Shown in pieces: positions 17,500 through 25,682 of a DNA stretch of 34,652 nt. The DNA is from a virus (taxonomy: Duplodnaviria > Caudoviricetes). The notes under the pieces are model-generated. The model did not search any database. It worked only from the letters and a program-made list of their open reading frames with translations, and was not told the DNA's origin. Each line of letters opens with the position of its first letter. Position 1 is the stretch's first letter. Location of the stretch: positions 1-34,652 of the IMG/VR virus record IMGVR_UViG_3300032272_000046. One strand, given 5' to 3'. Position numbers and translations under genes: made by a program.

Positions 17500-17862
17500 T
17501 TATTTAGGCTTAGCTACCTTGTCAGCTTTGGCTACTCTTTCTGCCAGTACGGCAGTGATCCAGGCGACATCGCAAGTGTTCACCATACGCCAATACCGCA
17601 AGCGTTCGTAACCGTCAAACTCGTTAATGCAATCGCAGTACGCCATCACATCGCTAAAGGTGATCGGGTTGATGACACTATCGGTATTCTGCCTGCCGCT
17701 GGATAACAGACTGAAGGCTTCGTGGTAAAGTACGTTGCGCCTGTATAGGGTAGGCTGGGAGTGCAAGGCCGGGGCCTTTCGGCCCCAGTTCTTTTCATAC
17801 AGTTCTAAAGTTTTGCGCCGTTCGGGATCGCCCCAGCTTACGCCCCAGGTAATTACTTTTTT
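17500..17862 (-). CDS. Tail assembly chaperone, -1 frameshift extension (gpGT-like)
   Basis: The -1 frame is open from the slippery site: KVITWGVSWGDPERRKTLELYEKNWGRKAPALHSQPTLY...; F..LSSGRQ...PITFSDV.AY motif. Confidence 0.8.
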   Translation of the reverse strand, partial: KKVITWGVSWGDPERRKTLELYEKNWGRKAPALHSQPTLYRRNVLYHEAFSLLSSGRQNTDSVINPITFSDVMAYCDCINEFDGYERLRYWRMVNTCDVAWITAVLAERVAKADKVAKPK

Positions 17863-18266
17863 AAGTTTGCGGCGTCCTTGTCATCGACTTTGACGAGGTA
17901 GTTGTCTCGGCTGGTAGCGAAGGTGCTGATAGCCCGGGCGAGATCGTCATGCTCTTCAAGTATAGCAATGGCCACATTTGCAGAGTATTTGATAGCTTTA
18001 CCACCGTCGGTAACACCTTTCCAATCAACCAGCAGATGGCGTGCAACACCTTCGATCAAGGCCTGGTCGGAGATTTGGTCGGCAATAGCCAGTTCGTCGG
18101 CGTTTTCCAGCACGGCAGAGTTGTCGCGTAGAACTTTGTTGATAAAAGCTTTGTAGCCACTGTTATTATTGCGAGCCACAAGAAATGACGAGCCACCCTG
18201 CCATGGCATCCACTTACCTTGTTCTTCGGCTTTTCGGTCGCGCTTGTTTTTGCTGATATCAAACAT
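17853..18266 (-). CDS. Tail assembly chaperone (gpG-like)
   Basis: Between tube and tape measure genes; EEQGKW...FLVAR..N..Y, LLVDWKGV; AAGGAG RBS. Confidence 0.85.
   Translation of the reverse strand: MFDISKNKRDRKAEEQGKWMPWQGGSSFLVARNNNSGYKAFINKVLRDNSAVLENADELAIADQISDQALIEGVARHLLVDWKGVTDGGKAIKYSANVAIAILEEHDDLARAISTFATSRDNYLVKVDDKDAANLKK
17856..17862 (-). promoter_or_regulatory. Programmed -1 ribosomal frameshift site A AAA AAG
   Basis: ...AAC TTA AAA AAG TAA at the end of the chaperone gene; canonical X XXY YYZ heptamer. Confidence 0.85.
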
Positions 18267-18301
18267 TGAGGTTTACTCCTTTCATGGTTTTAAAGATTTC
18301 G

Positions 18302-18348
18302 AGTATAGGTGAGTACGTCAACAAGTTCAATCACTTGTTGACGTACTC
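18302..18348 (-). promoter_or_regulatory. Perfect 16-bp inverted repeat overlapping a putative sigma70 promoter
   Basis: gagtacgtcaacaagt-tcaatc-acttgttgacgtactc (18311-18348). TTGAAC(18325-30)-17-TATACT(18302-07) on the - strand. Confidence 0.65.
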
Positions 18349-18366
18349 CGTCGGGTAAGTTGGAAA

Positions 18367-19554
18367 TTATACGGCGGCTATACGAGTAACGATAATCGAC
18401 TTGCCGGTGCCAGAGCGTGCATCTTTTTGGACGGCGAAAGATACGTTGGCAAGGATGTCGCTGTCAGGACCGCTGGCTACCACTTCATGTGAAGCAATTT
18501 TCATTTCAGGGAGCACAAATCCGTAACGATTTCCATAGGAATCTGCAGCGTCAGTCAGTTGGAAACGAAGCTGGACTGACCCGTTGACAATGAACTGGTC
18601 AAACAGGTCTCGATCTGCGAAATACATAGTGGCAGAAGATTCGACGTTAATACGCCCCGAGCCGATACCTTGCGGGTACAGACTGCCGACTGCCGACTGC
18701 GTTCTCAGAGAATTATCGATGGTGACCGACAATTCCTGGAAAGTAGCCGCGATAGGCGTGAAAGCCCCTGCAACACTGACTGCGTTCAAAGACAAGCCGG
18801 CGACGTTAGAAACCGAGTTCATCAGTTCGTTAGTGCCAGCAGCAGCATAAGAACCAACTTCCTGGGAAGTGCCTGAGGCCGCGCCGGTAGCACCCATAAA
18901 CGAAATTTCACCGTTTATGATTGATCCAGAGGCCATGGACAGGTTCACGGAAGAAGCGCGCAGGCCGCTGAACAGGAAGAAATTGTCAGTGCCGTTGTTG
19001 ATGAAGTTCTTTTCAAACGTGAAACTACGTTGAACAGAAGCGTTTTCGATGGTACCGCTGTTGACGGCAGAGGCAGTAGCTACGCCCTCGTCAGTGATTG
19101 CTTCGACAACGGTGAAGGTGGTCGCGTCGGTGACGGACTCCACAGTATACACGCCGTCTTCGGCAGATACGGTGAGGCCGGTAATTTTGATCAGCACACC
19201 AGTTTTGAGTCCCGTGGTCGAGGTGACGGTGCATACTCGAGTCGCGACGGCGGTGATGGTGTCGGAATACCCTGCTGTCCAGGCGGCAGATTGGAGAACC
19301 GCTTCCAGGAAGGGGTCATATTCCCCGTATGAAAGCTGGAAGCCTACTGCGCCAGAATTTTCACCGGAGACGTGAACCGATCCGGTGAACTGGCGGTCGC
19401 TATCTATCTCTTCGGACTTAGCAGATTCCAAACTAGTGTTGAAGGACTCGCTGGTGTTACGCAGGAGTTTAAATCCTGTCGTTGGCGGAGTGTCGAAGGT
19501 TACCTCTGGCACATAAGCCAGGGAAACAGTGGAAGTATCAGCGAATACGGGCAT
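18367..19554 (-). CDS. Major tail tube protein with inserted accessory domain
   Basis: LAYVPEVTF.TP, SEEI...RQ, RSFTFEK; central beta-barrel-like insertion TTGLKTGVLIKITG...DGVYTV. Confidence 0.88.
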   Translation of the reverse strand: MPVFADTSTVSLAYVPEVTFDTPPTTGFKLLRNTSESFNTSLESAKSEEIDSDRQFTGSVHVSGENSGAVGFQLSYGEYDPFLEAVLQSAAWTAGYSDTITAVATRVCTVTSTTGLKTGVLIKITGLTVSAEDGVYTVESVTDATTFTVVEAITDEGVATASAVNSGTIENASVQRSFTFEKNFINNGTDNFFLFSGLRASSVNLSMASGSIINGEISFMGATGAASGTSQEVGSYAAAGTNELMNSVSNVAGLSLNAVSVAGAFTPIAATFQELSVTIDNSLRTQSAVGSLYPQGIGSGRINVESSATMYFADRDLFDQFIVNGSVQLRFQLTDAADSYGNRYGFVLPEMKIASHEVVASGPDSDILANVSFAVQKDARSGTGKSIIVTRIAAV

Positions 19555-19597
19555 GGCAAAGTTCCTGAAGTTGGGGTATAGAAAGCCGTTAAAGCCT

Positions 19598-19637
19598 ATC
19601 CTATAGCGGTCAAGGGATTATTTCAACTGTAAGTTGA
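19598..19637 (-). promoter_or_regulatory. Putative sigma70 promoter upstream of tail tube, overlapping a short dyad
   Basis: TTGAAA-17-TAGGAT; dyad TCAACT-gta-AGTTGA at 19623-19637. Confidence 0.45.
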
Positions 19638-19647
19638 GTGCCGACCC

Positions 19648-20067
19648 TTAACGACAAAAATAAAATCTCACCATAGTCGGCACAATATGCCAACCATTGC
19701 GCTTAAAAGACGGCATGATCTCAATATCCTTGAAAACAATATCACTAATAATTTGCCACTCAAATATAGCTACCAGCCTGTCTAAATTCGTTCGGGTGCT
19801 GATCACACCTTTATCCTGTTTGACGTAAAAGTCTACAGCTAGGTTACCCCACTGCCTTTTAAGTGAATTCAGCCCCACTTCGGCGGCCTGAGAAGCATTG
19901 TATAGAATTTCAACATCAATAAACTCTGCCTCACCTTCAGCCAGCCTCGCTCTGGACACATCCCCAAAGTCAGCCGCAGGTACATTTTCAAAAGCTATAG
20001 GCGTAAAAGTCCACTGAGCTTGCAGCACAGTACCGATAGCCTTTTCTACCTCTTCATAGCTTGGCAT
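19648..20067 (-). CDS. Tail terminator protein
   Basis: Start MPSYEE; W..TPIAFEN, G...VDFYV...G; position just upstream of the tube gene. Confidence 0.7.
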   Translation of the reverse strand: MPSYEEVEKAIGTVLQAQWTFTPIAFENVPAADFGDVSRARLAEGEAEFIDVEILYNASQAAEVGLNSLKRQWGNLAVDFYVKQDKGVISTRTNLDRLVAIFEWQIISDIVFKDIEIMPSFKRNGWHIVPTMVRFYFCR

Positions 20068-20503
20068 TTCTGAGCGCCCCTTCTGCAATTCCTTCCAGCC
20101 ACCCAGGGTTATCCGCGACGGCTCTGGCCCTGTCTAACCGGGCGTTAGAGGCGTGGCCGTCTTCTTGGGGGGTTTCGTTATAGACGTGAATGGTTTTAAT
20201 GTCCTTGCCTACCAACCTGCCAGTGAAATTAGCGAACCGGTCATCGATAACTTGAATGTTGTCAACGCCGCGCTGTCTATCGCCTGTGGAGCCTACAGGG
20301 TAACGGCCCCGCATCGGCACAAAAGGGCGAACTTGCGTAGTGTTGATATCCGCACGCCAATTGAAAGTAGCCTCGCCTGAGTCCCGGTGAGTATGGTGTA
20401 GCACCGCCGAATAAACAGCCTTACCCACCGCCCGAGCCATGATAGTCGGGACAGGTTGCAGCATTTTAATCAGCCTGGCGGCCTCATCTGAATTCTTAGT
20501 CAT
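20054..20503 (-). CDS. Tail completion/neck protein (HK97 gp10-like)
   Basis: T.RDSGEATFNW...IHVYNETP motif; synteny. Confidence 0.65.
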   Translation of the reverse strand: MTKNSDEAARLIKMLQPVPTIMARAVGKAVYSAVLHHTHRDSGEATFNWRADINTTQVRPFVPMRGRYPVGSTGDRQRGVDNIQVIDDRFANFTGRLVGKDIKTIHVYNETPQEDGHASNARLDRARAVADNPGWLEGIAEGALRNAKL

Positions 20504-21390
20504 AACGTACAGTGTAGATGATACTGCTGGTTAAGGAAATCCTGATCCACTCTCATTACTCTTCGGCGCTGGGAGTTCCATGTCAATTCATCCTCAGTGG
20601 TCGGCACAACACCAATGTGGGCCTGCTCGACAGTAATGACCAGTCGCGACTCTTTGGTTTGCAGGGTGTTGCTGTCGCCAAGTTGGTCGTCCATGGCAAA
20701 CCCAGTGACGTTGTAATTCACAAGTCCGTCAGTTACGACACCTGTGGCTGGATCGTAATCGACTGCCGCGCTCCTACTGTGGTAAACGAAATCCTGCCGG
20801 TGATCCTGACGTTTAATGGCGCGTACAAACTTGAATCCACTATCCGCGTAGGTTAACTCAACCATGTAATCTTCACCGCCGATCGACAGCCGGTCCCAGG
20901 CCTGAGGGGTGGCGTGCGGCGGCATAGCCACGAAAAAATCGCCTTCAAACTGCTGTTTCTGCTCGTCGACTTCCGACGTAGACCGCAATTCCACATCCAT
21001 ATAGTGGCTGGCGACAACGGTTTCTACGAGCCAGCCCGGATTATTGGAAGGCCCTACCGGTGCCCTACGGTTGACGGTTCCGAGTGTTTCGCTTCGATGC
21101 AGTATGCCGATCTTGTCATAAGCGTACCCCCCTTGGGCGTCTTGTCTAAGCGCGCCGATAAAATATATTTCGCCTGTGCTCGGCACTCGTATCGTATTCG
21201 AAGCAGGTACAGCCGTCTCAGGCGGCAGCCCTAGCGATCGGCGGCGAGTAGGGCGGTTAAAATTAGATAGAAACCGGTCGGCAGGCATGATCTTGCCGGT
21301 CAGTCCGGAAGCTGTCCACGTAGCCAGGGCTTCGTCGTAGATGTCAAATTCAGTGGTTTCGAACCAGGCCGCTGGCTTTCGAAGATCCAT
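20500..21390 (-). CDS. Head closure protein (unusually long)
   Basis: Synteny after the adaptor; YDPATG and P...D.L.......V..V patterns recur. Confidence 0.55.
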   Translation of the reverse strand: MDLRKPAAWFETTEFDIYDEALATWTASGLTGKIMPADRFLSNFNRPTRRRSLGLPPETAVPASNTIRVPSTGEIYFIGALRQDAQGGYAYDKIGILHRSETLGTVNRRAPVGPSNNPGWLVETVVASHYMDVELRSTSEVDEQKQQFEGDFFVAMPPHATPQAWDRLSIGGEDYMVELTYADSGFKFVRAIKRQDHRQDFVYHSRSAAVDYDPATGVVTDGLVNYNVTGFAMDDQLGDSNTLQTKESRLVITVEQAHIGVVPTTEDELTWNSQRRRVMRVDQDFLNQQYHLHCTL

Positions 21391-21872
21391 TACGTTTCTG
21401 TGTTGGTGACAGGGTCGTAAGAGGGGGCGGCACTGCCAAAATGCGTGTAAGAAGCCGCCGTAGTCGGAGTAATCAGCAACTCTAAAGACGCTCTGGCATC
21501 ATCGGCACGTCTTTGTAAATCTATTTTCAGCTTTTCTAACGAAGGCTGAGTGAACCGGGCGGCCTCGTTCGACCCATCAGACAACTTCTGCAGAATAGAG
21601 TTACCGCCGGATGAGGCGAAGATGGCAGAAATTGAGTATTTGGCATAAAGTTTGAGTTTAAGGTACTTCAAAGTCTGCGCATCAGTCGGTGACCCTGCGG
21701 TACCTTCTGAGATAATTGTCTGATAGGTCGGAACCCAGTCCATCAAGTCAGCTTGCAGATCATTCTCAGGCGTTAGCCTGGTGATCAATACATCAGCAAT
21801 GTCTTTGTCATCCACGCCCAGCGCCGACCTGACTTCGTCGGTATCGGTGAGGGCGAGGATGGTTACAGTCAT
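21390..21872 (-). CDS. Head-tail adaptor
   Basis: TDTDEVRSALGV...DI.D..I helical N-terminus; synteny. Confidence 0.65.
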   Translation of the reverse strand: MTVTILALTDTDEVRSALGVDDKDIADVLITRLTPENDLQADLMDWVPTYQTIISEGTAGSPTDAQTLKYLKLKLYAKYSISAIFASSGGNSILQKLSDGSNEAARFTQPSLEKLKIDLQRRADDARASLELLITPTTAASYTHFGSAAPSYDPVTNTET

Positions 21873-21885
21873 CGGATTTAACCTG

Positions 21886-22335
21886 TTACTCGAAAGTTAG
21901 GTAGTCGAGCTTGGCCTGACAAATAACCCACTTGGAAATTTCAGGCACACGGATCTCCTGATCTTTGTACAAGGTTACTTTGGTGCCAGGGTCTTGCACC
22001 TGGTCACAACCTTTGAGCGTGACGAATTTCTTCGCACCGCTTTTGTTCAGCTTCGCCGCCTTGGCTTCGATAGCCTTGCACTTTTTTTCGTGCGCGGTGA
22101 GTTTCGGGGCGTCCTTTTCAACTTTGGCCGCCAGCTTCGCATCTTCGGCAGCTTTTTCTTCGGCTTCCTTAGCCTGGGCGGCTTCCTTAGCCTGGGCGGC
22201 TGCTAAATCTTCAGCGTCCTTTTCATCCGCGGCGGCTTTGTCGGCAGCCTCTCGCGCCTTTACGGCCTCGTCAGCCTCGCGTTCTGCCGCCAGTTCTTCA
22301 TCAGTTTTGGCGTCTGCTGTTTTATTAAGGGCCAT
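21886..22335 (-). CDS. Ala/Glu/Lys-rich hypothetical protein downstream of major capsid
   Basis: GGAG RBS; low-complexity helical N-half and small globular C-domain. Confidence 0.7.
   Translation of the reverse strand: MALNKTADAKTDEELAAEREADEAVKAREAADKAAADEKDAEDLAAAQAKEAAQAKEAEEKAAEDAKLAAKVEKDAPKLTAHEKKCKAIEAKAAKLNKSGAKKFVTLKGCDQVQDPGTKVTLYKDQEIRVPEISKWVICQAKLDYLTFE
22161..22201. repeat. 18-bp tandem repeat (AQAKEA x2)
   Basis: cggcttccttagcctggg occurs twice, followed by a partial copy. Confidence 0.85.
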
Positions 22336-22369
22336 GCTCGGTCTCCAAATTAGGTTTAAGTGTGCTGAA

Positions 22370-22398
22370 ATACTACTCGATAAGTAAACAAGTGTCTA
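22370..22398 (-). promoter_or_regulatory. Putative sigma70 promoter after the capsid terminator
   Basis: TAGACA-17-TAGTAT. Confidence 0.45.
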
Positions 22399-22399
22399 T

Positions 22400-22428
22400 A
22401 AAAAGAAAGCCGCCCTTGTGGCGGCTTT
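22400..22428 (-). terminator. Rho-independent terminator after major capsid gene
   Basis: aaagccgcc-cttgt-ggcggcttt hairpin; U-rich tract TTTCTTTTT on the - strand. Confidence 0.8.
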
Positions 22429-22453
22429 ATTAATACTTAACTACCTGCCTGGA

Positions 22454-23650
22454 TTACGTGTTAACTAAATCCATAGAGCGGAAGGCGTCGTCGAACAGTC
22501 GAGACAGTGCTTCGCCGTGGTCGACACGGAAAGCCTTAGCGCGGCGGAGGACAAACTCTTCCATGGCTGCGTATTCCGCGCTGACGTTGATGTATCTGCG
22601 CAGGGCAGAAGATCGGTCAAGGCCGTGAATACGGTTGTTAGCGACAACACTCGGGTTAACGATAAACAACCGAGGGGGCGTAATACCCAGGTTATCGATA
22701 TTGAACAACGAATCAATACGAGGACTGTTTGGATCGTCGTTTTGATTGGTAGGCTTACCGGTGCGGCCTTCGATGGCCAGCGCCGTATCGATAGTACAGA
22801 TAATGTTGGTGATCTGCATGGTCTGGTAATTATCGCGAAGATAATGAATCCAGGCCTTTTGAGTCAACTCGCCGTCGGCAGAGATAGTAGCATCCAGCGT
22901 ATCAGCGTTGAAGACTGGCAATGCCGTCAGGTCAGCGCTGATATCAGTGTTACCGTTGAGCACGTCAGCCAGTTGACCTTCAACCATCCGAACTCGCTCG
23001 CCGTGAGCCTGTGAAGACATGACGGTATTGACGAGGTCAAATGACGTAACCTGCATAGCCTGGTCAGAGATAATCAAACCAATCCCTTTACCTGGGATGC
23101 GAGTAGTCGTATTTGCGGCGGTCACTGAAACCATGATAGGTGGCTCAGCTAACTGACCAACAGACTGTGATTCTGACCCTTCGGGTGCAGTCACATCAAT
23201 TCGCGGACGTTTGAACTCAGGTGCGTTAACCTGCTCGGTGCCGCTGATCATATTGTCAACGCCGCGGAAGAAGTCCGTCTTATCTTCGCGAAGAGCAGAA
23301 GCGATGGTCTGCAAAATAACTTCGGGAAAGAACAGCCGACCTGCTGGGGTAGTGTTGCCGGTGCCGTCAGGCGCAGTGATCGGGCCTAACCGCATATTCA
23401 AGGCATCTGATAGCCGAGTAGAGGGTTCACCAGTAACCGAATCAGGCTTCAAGCGAATACCCAAATGGGTAAGAGCTTGCGATAGAATCGAGCCGTGCTT
23501 GGCCTCATCAGTCGGGAATTTTCGCGCCATAAGCTGCGACAGGCTTAAACCTGCTTCTGCCGCCTCTTTGTAGCTTTCCATGCTGATCTCGCCCTCGGCC
23601 ATGTGTCCCGTGGAGAGTTCGCGGAAGTTGAATTTAGTTTCTGCGGTCAT
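22454..23650 (-). CDS. Major capsid protein (HK97 fold)
   Basis: 398 aa; follows protease and decoration genes; GAGG RBS; strong terminator downstream. Confidence 0.85.
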   Translation of the reverse strand: MTAETKFNFRELSTGHMAEGEISMESYKEAAEAGLSLSQLMARKFPTDEAKHGSILSQALTHLGIRLKPDSVTGEPSTRLSDALNMRLGPITAPDGTGNTTPAGRLFFPEVILQTIASALREDKTDFFRGVDNMISGTEQVNAPEFKRPRIDVTAPEGSESQSVGQLAEPPIMVSVTAANTTTRIPGKGIGLIISDQAMQVTSFDLVNTVMSSQAHGERVRMVEGQLADVLNGNTDISADLTALPVFNADTLDATISADGELTQKAWIHYLRDNYQTMQITNIICTIDTALAIEGRTGKPTNQNDDPNSPRIDSLFNIDNLGITPPRLFIVNPSVVANNRIHGLDRSSALRRYINVSAEYAAMEEFVLRRAKAFRVDHGEALSRLFDDAFRSMDLVNT

Positions 23651-23686
23651 TTTTAAGTCCTCAGCTTTTGGCTGTCAAAAAATTTA

Positions 23687-24148
23687 TTAGATGCGTTCGA
23701 TCATTACAGAATCGCCAGCGGCGCCTGTACCACTGATGATCTTAATAACACGCCAGAAGAATCGGGTCGGCGCTACAAAACCTGTGCCGACAGAGAATAC
23801 CTGAATCAAACCAGCCGTTAAGGGGGCGATTGGGGTGTCATTGGTGACATACGCGCCGATTGCGACGTTGCCTGTTTGGCTTGCGCCGACAGTCGCCAGT
23901 GCGCGGCCTTTGGTCTGGATGGTGCCCCAGTTAAACCCGCCATTACGAAGCCCCGGTTCGACCGTGGCAACAATGCCGTCGATTTCGTCAGCCTTGACAA
24001 CAGGTACGTAGGCAGAGGCCGCCAGCTTAACGCCTTTGCCTACCTCTACGTCAGTGTAATCACCAGAGTTAGTGCCCAACGCATCAGTGATAACGCCTCG
24101 GAAGCTCAGATCTGTCAGAAGTTGGCGAGCTAAAGTTGATGTACCCAT
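23687..24148 (-). CDS. Capsid decoration/cement protein
   Basis: Gly-rich beta protein (VGKGVKL...DEIDGIV...G..GDSVMIERI) between scaffold and capsid genes. Confidence 0.7.
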   Translation of the reverse strand: MGTSTLARQLLTDLSFRGVITDALGTNSGDYTDVEVGKGVKLAASAYVPVVKADEIDGIVATVEPGLRNGGFNWGTIQTKGRALATVGASQTGNVAIGAYVTNDTPIAPLTAGLIQVFSVGTGFVAPTRFFWRVIKIISGTGAAGDSVMIERI

Positions 24149-24166
24149 TTTCTAGTCCTCGTTAAA

Positions 24167-24754
24167 TTAAATAGTGTTAGCACGAATGCTGCGGATTTCA
24201 GCGCTGGTCTGTTGAGCAGCGGGTTCATCCACTTCCTCATCATGCACTTGCGCTTTGCCTTCCGTCGGAAACCGGCTAACTAAAGCAGCCCGGTGGCTCG
24301 TATAGGCGGAGAATAACGCAGACATGTCCATCTTGTCCACACCTTCAAGTGCAGGGCCGCCGAGACGGACTGCCATGCCGGAAACGTATTCGCCGATAAT
24401 TTTCCGAGCCATGCCTTCATTAGCTTCCAGAAGGTCGGCTTTTTTCGCTTTGGCTTCTGCATCTGCGAGCTTCAAGCGTAAGTCTGCGACTTCGTCTTTG
24501 AGGTAGACCACCAGGGAATTGTCTGAGGCGGCAGGGGCAGAAGTTTCTTCTTCCTCGCCAGTTTCATCTGAAGCTTCTTCTTCGCTAGATTCTTCTTCCG
24601 AAGTCTCCTCTGAAGATTCTTCTTCGCCTGTTGAGGCTTCTTCCGAAGTTTCGTCTTCAGCAGACTCATCTTCTGCCATAAGTGCCAGAACTTCTTCTTC
24701 AGTCGCGCCAGCTGCGATAGCAGCTTCGGCTTCAGGCGTTAATTTTTTACCCAT
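24167..24754 (-). CDS. Nested in-frame scaffold protein (internal start)
   Basis: GAGGACAATGTT-ATG GGT AAA AAA internal RBS/start at the end of the protease domain, as for lambda C/Nu3. Confidence 0.6.
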   Translation of the reverse strand: MGKKLTPEAEAAIAAGATEEEVLALMAEDESAEDETSEEASTGEEESSEETSEEESSEEEASDETGEEEETSAPAASDNSLVVYLKDEVADLRLKLADAEAKAKKADLLEANEGMARKIIGEYVSGMAVRLGGPALEGVDKMDMSALFSAYTSHRAALVSRFPTEGKAQVHDEEVDEPAAQQTSAEIRSIRANTI

Positions 24755-25639
24755 AACATTGTCCTCAATTGACGCCGAACCTGGTGTTTGTGAGGCACTG
24801 CCTCGGGCTTTCACCAGCCGACTAAATAAACTATCGAAAGATAATACTTCATCCATCAAGCCGTTGTCGACAGATTCTTGCGCGAAAAATGTCAGGCCTT
24901 CGCCTACTCTCGCTTTAACAGAAGCCCTCGGGATGCCTCGATTTTCTGCGACGGCGTCAAGAAAGAACCCTTCAGTAACTTCGAGACGGCTTTGAATTAT
25001 GCCGGCGGATTCCTTCGAAAGCTTCTCATAAGGGTTGCCAATGGCTTTATGTTTACCTGCACGGAAAACATGAAATTTGACGCCTGCTTTCTCGGCCATG
25101 CCAGTGATTTCTTGCAGGATGGCGATAACACCGATGCTGCCTGACTCTGACATGCGCGGGCCGCTGATAGTTCGGGCGGCAGAAGCGATCCAGTAGGCTG
25201 CGGAAAAAGCCACACCGGAAACATGCGCGTCGACTGATTTAATTTTGTCGGCTTCTTTTATGTAAGCCGAAAGGTTATCGATGCCGCGTGCACTGCCGCC
25301 AGGGGAATCGATATCAAGTATGATTTTGTCAACTTCGGAACTCTCGAGGGCTTGTGCGATCGCGTCCTGTATCTCACCGTAAGAGGTGATACCGAAAAAT
25401 TGGTTCCAGAAACTGTCCTGATTCGTCAGAGAGCCGTGAACTTGTATGATGCCGATACCATTAGAGATAGTCAGCAGTCGGCTCTGCTCGGCTTCATCGT
25501 CTTCATCCTCATCGAAATGGTCGCGGGCATGCTGCTGAATACCTTGCAGGGCAGTCTCTACACCCTGGTAACTGGCTAAGGTGCCAGCCCAAATGGTGAA
25601 GTCTTTAGCGGTGATTTCTTCTGAAGCTAATGTAGGCAT
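24167..25639 (-). CDS. Prohead protease (S49/SppA family) fused to scaffold
   Basis: ILDIDSPGG, AFSAAYWIASAA, GSIGV, AGKHK motifs; acidic linker and coiled-coil C-terminus. Confidence 0.92.
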   Translation of the reverse strand: MPTLASEEITAKDFTIWAGTLASYQGVETALQGIQQHARDHFDEDEDDEAEQSRLLTISNGIGIIQVHGSLTNQDSFWNQFFGITSYGEIQDAIAQALESSEVDKIILDIDSPGGSARGIDNLSAYIKEADKIKSVDAHVSGVAFSAAYWIASAARTISGPRMSESGSIGVIAILQEITGMAEKAGVKFHVFRAGKHKAIGNPYEKLSKESAGIIQSRLEVTEGFFLDAVAENRGIPRASVKARVGEGLTFFAQESVDNGLMDEVLSFDSLFSRLVKARGSASQTPGSASIEDNVMGKKLTPEAEAAIAAGATEEEVLALMAEDESAEDETSEEASTGEEESSEETSEEESSEEEASDETGEEEETSAPAASDNSLVVYLKDEVADLRLKLADAEAKAKKADLLEANEGMARKIIGEYVSGMAVRLGGPALEGVDKMDMSALFSAYTSHRAALVSRFPTEGKAQVHDEEVDEPAAQQTSAEIRSIRANTI

Positions 25640-25645
25640 AATGGG

Positions 25646-25674
25646 AAAGTAACAATTTCTAAAAGGGTATGCAA
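25646..25674 (-). promoter_or_regulatory. Putative sigma70 promoter giving a leaderless protease mRNA
   Basis: TTGCAT-17-TACTTT with TG extension, 6 nt before the ATG, no SD. Confidence 0.55.
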
Positions 25675-25682
25675 GTTTTTAC

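Noticed and set aside
24540-24680. TCTTC-rich repeats as an array or CRISPR
   Set aside because: Explained by Glu/Ser codons of the scaffold linker; no constant repeat-spacer structure.
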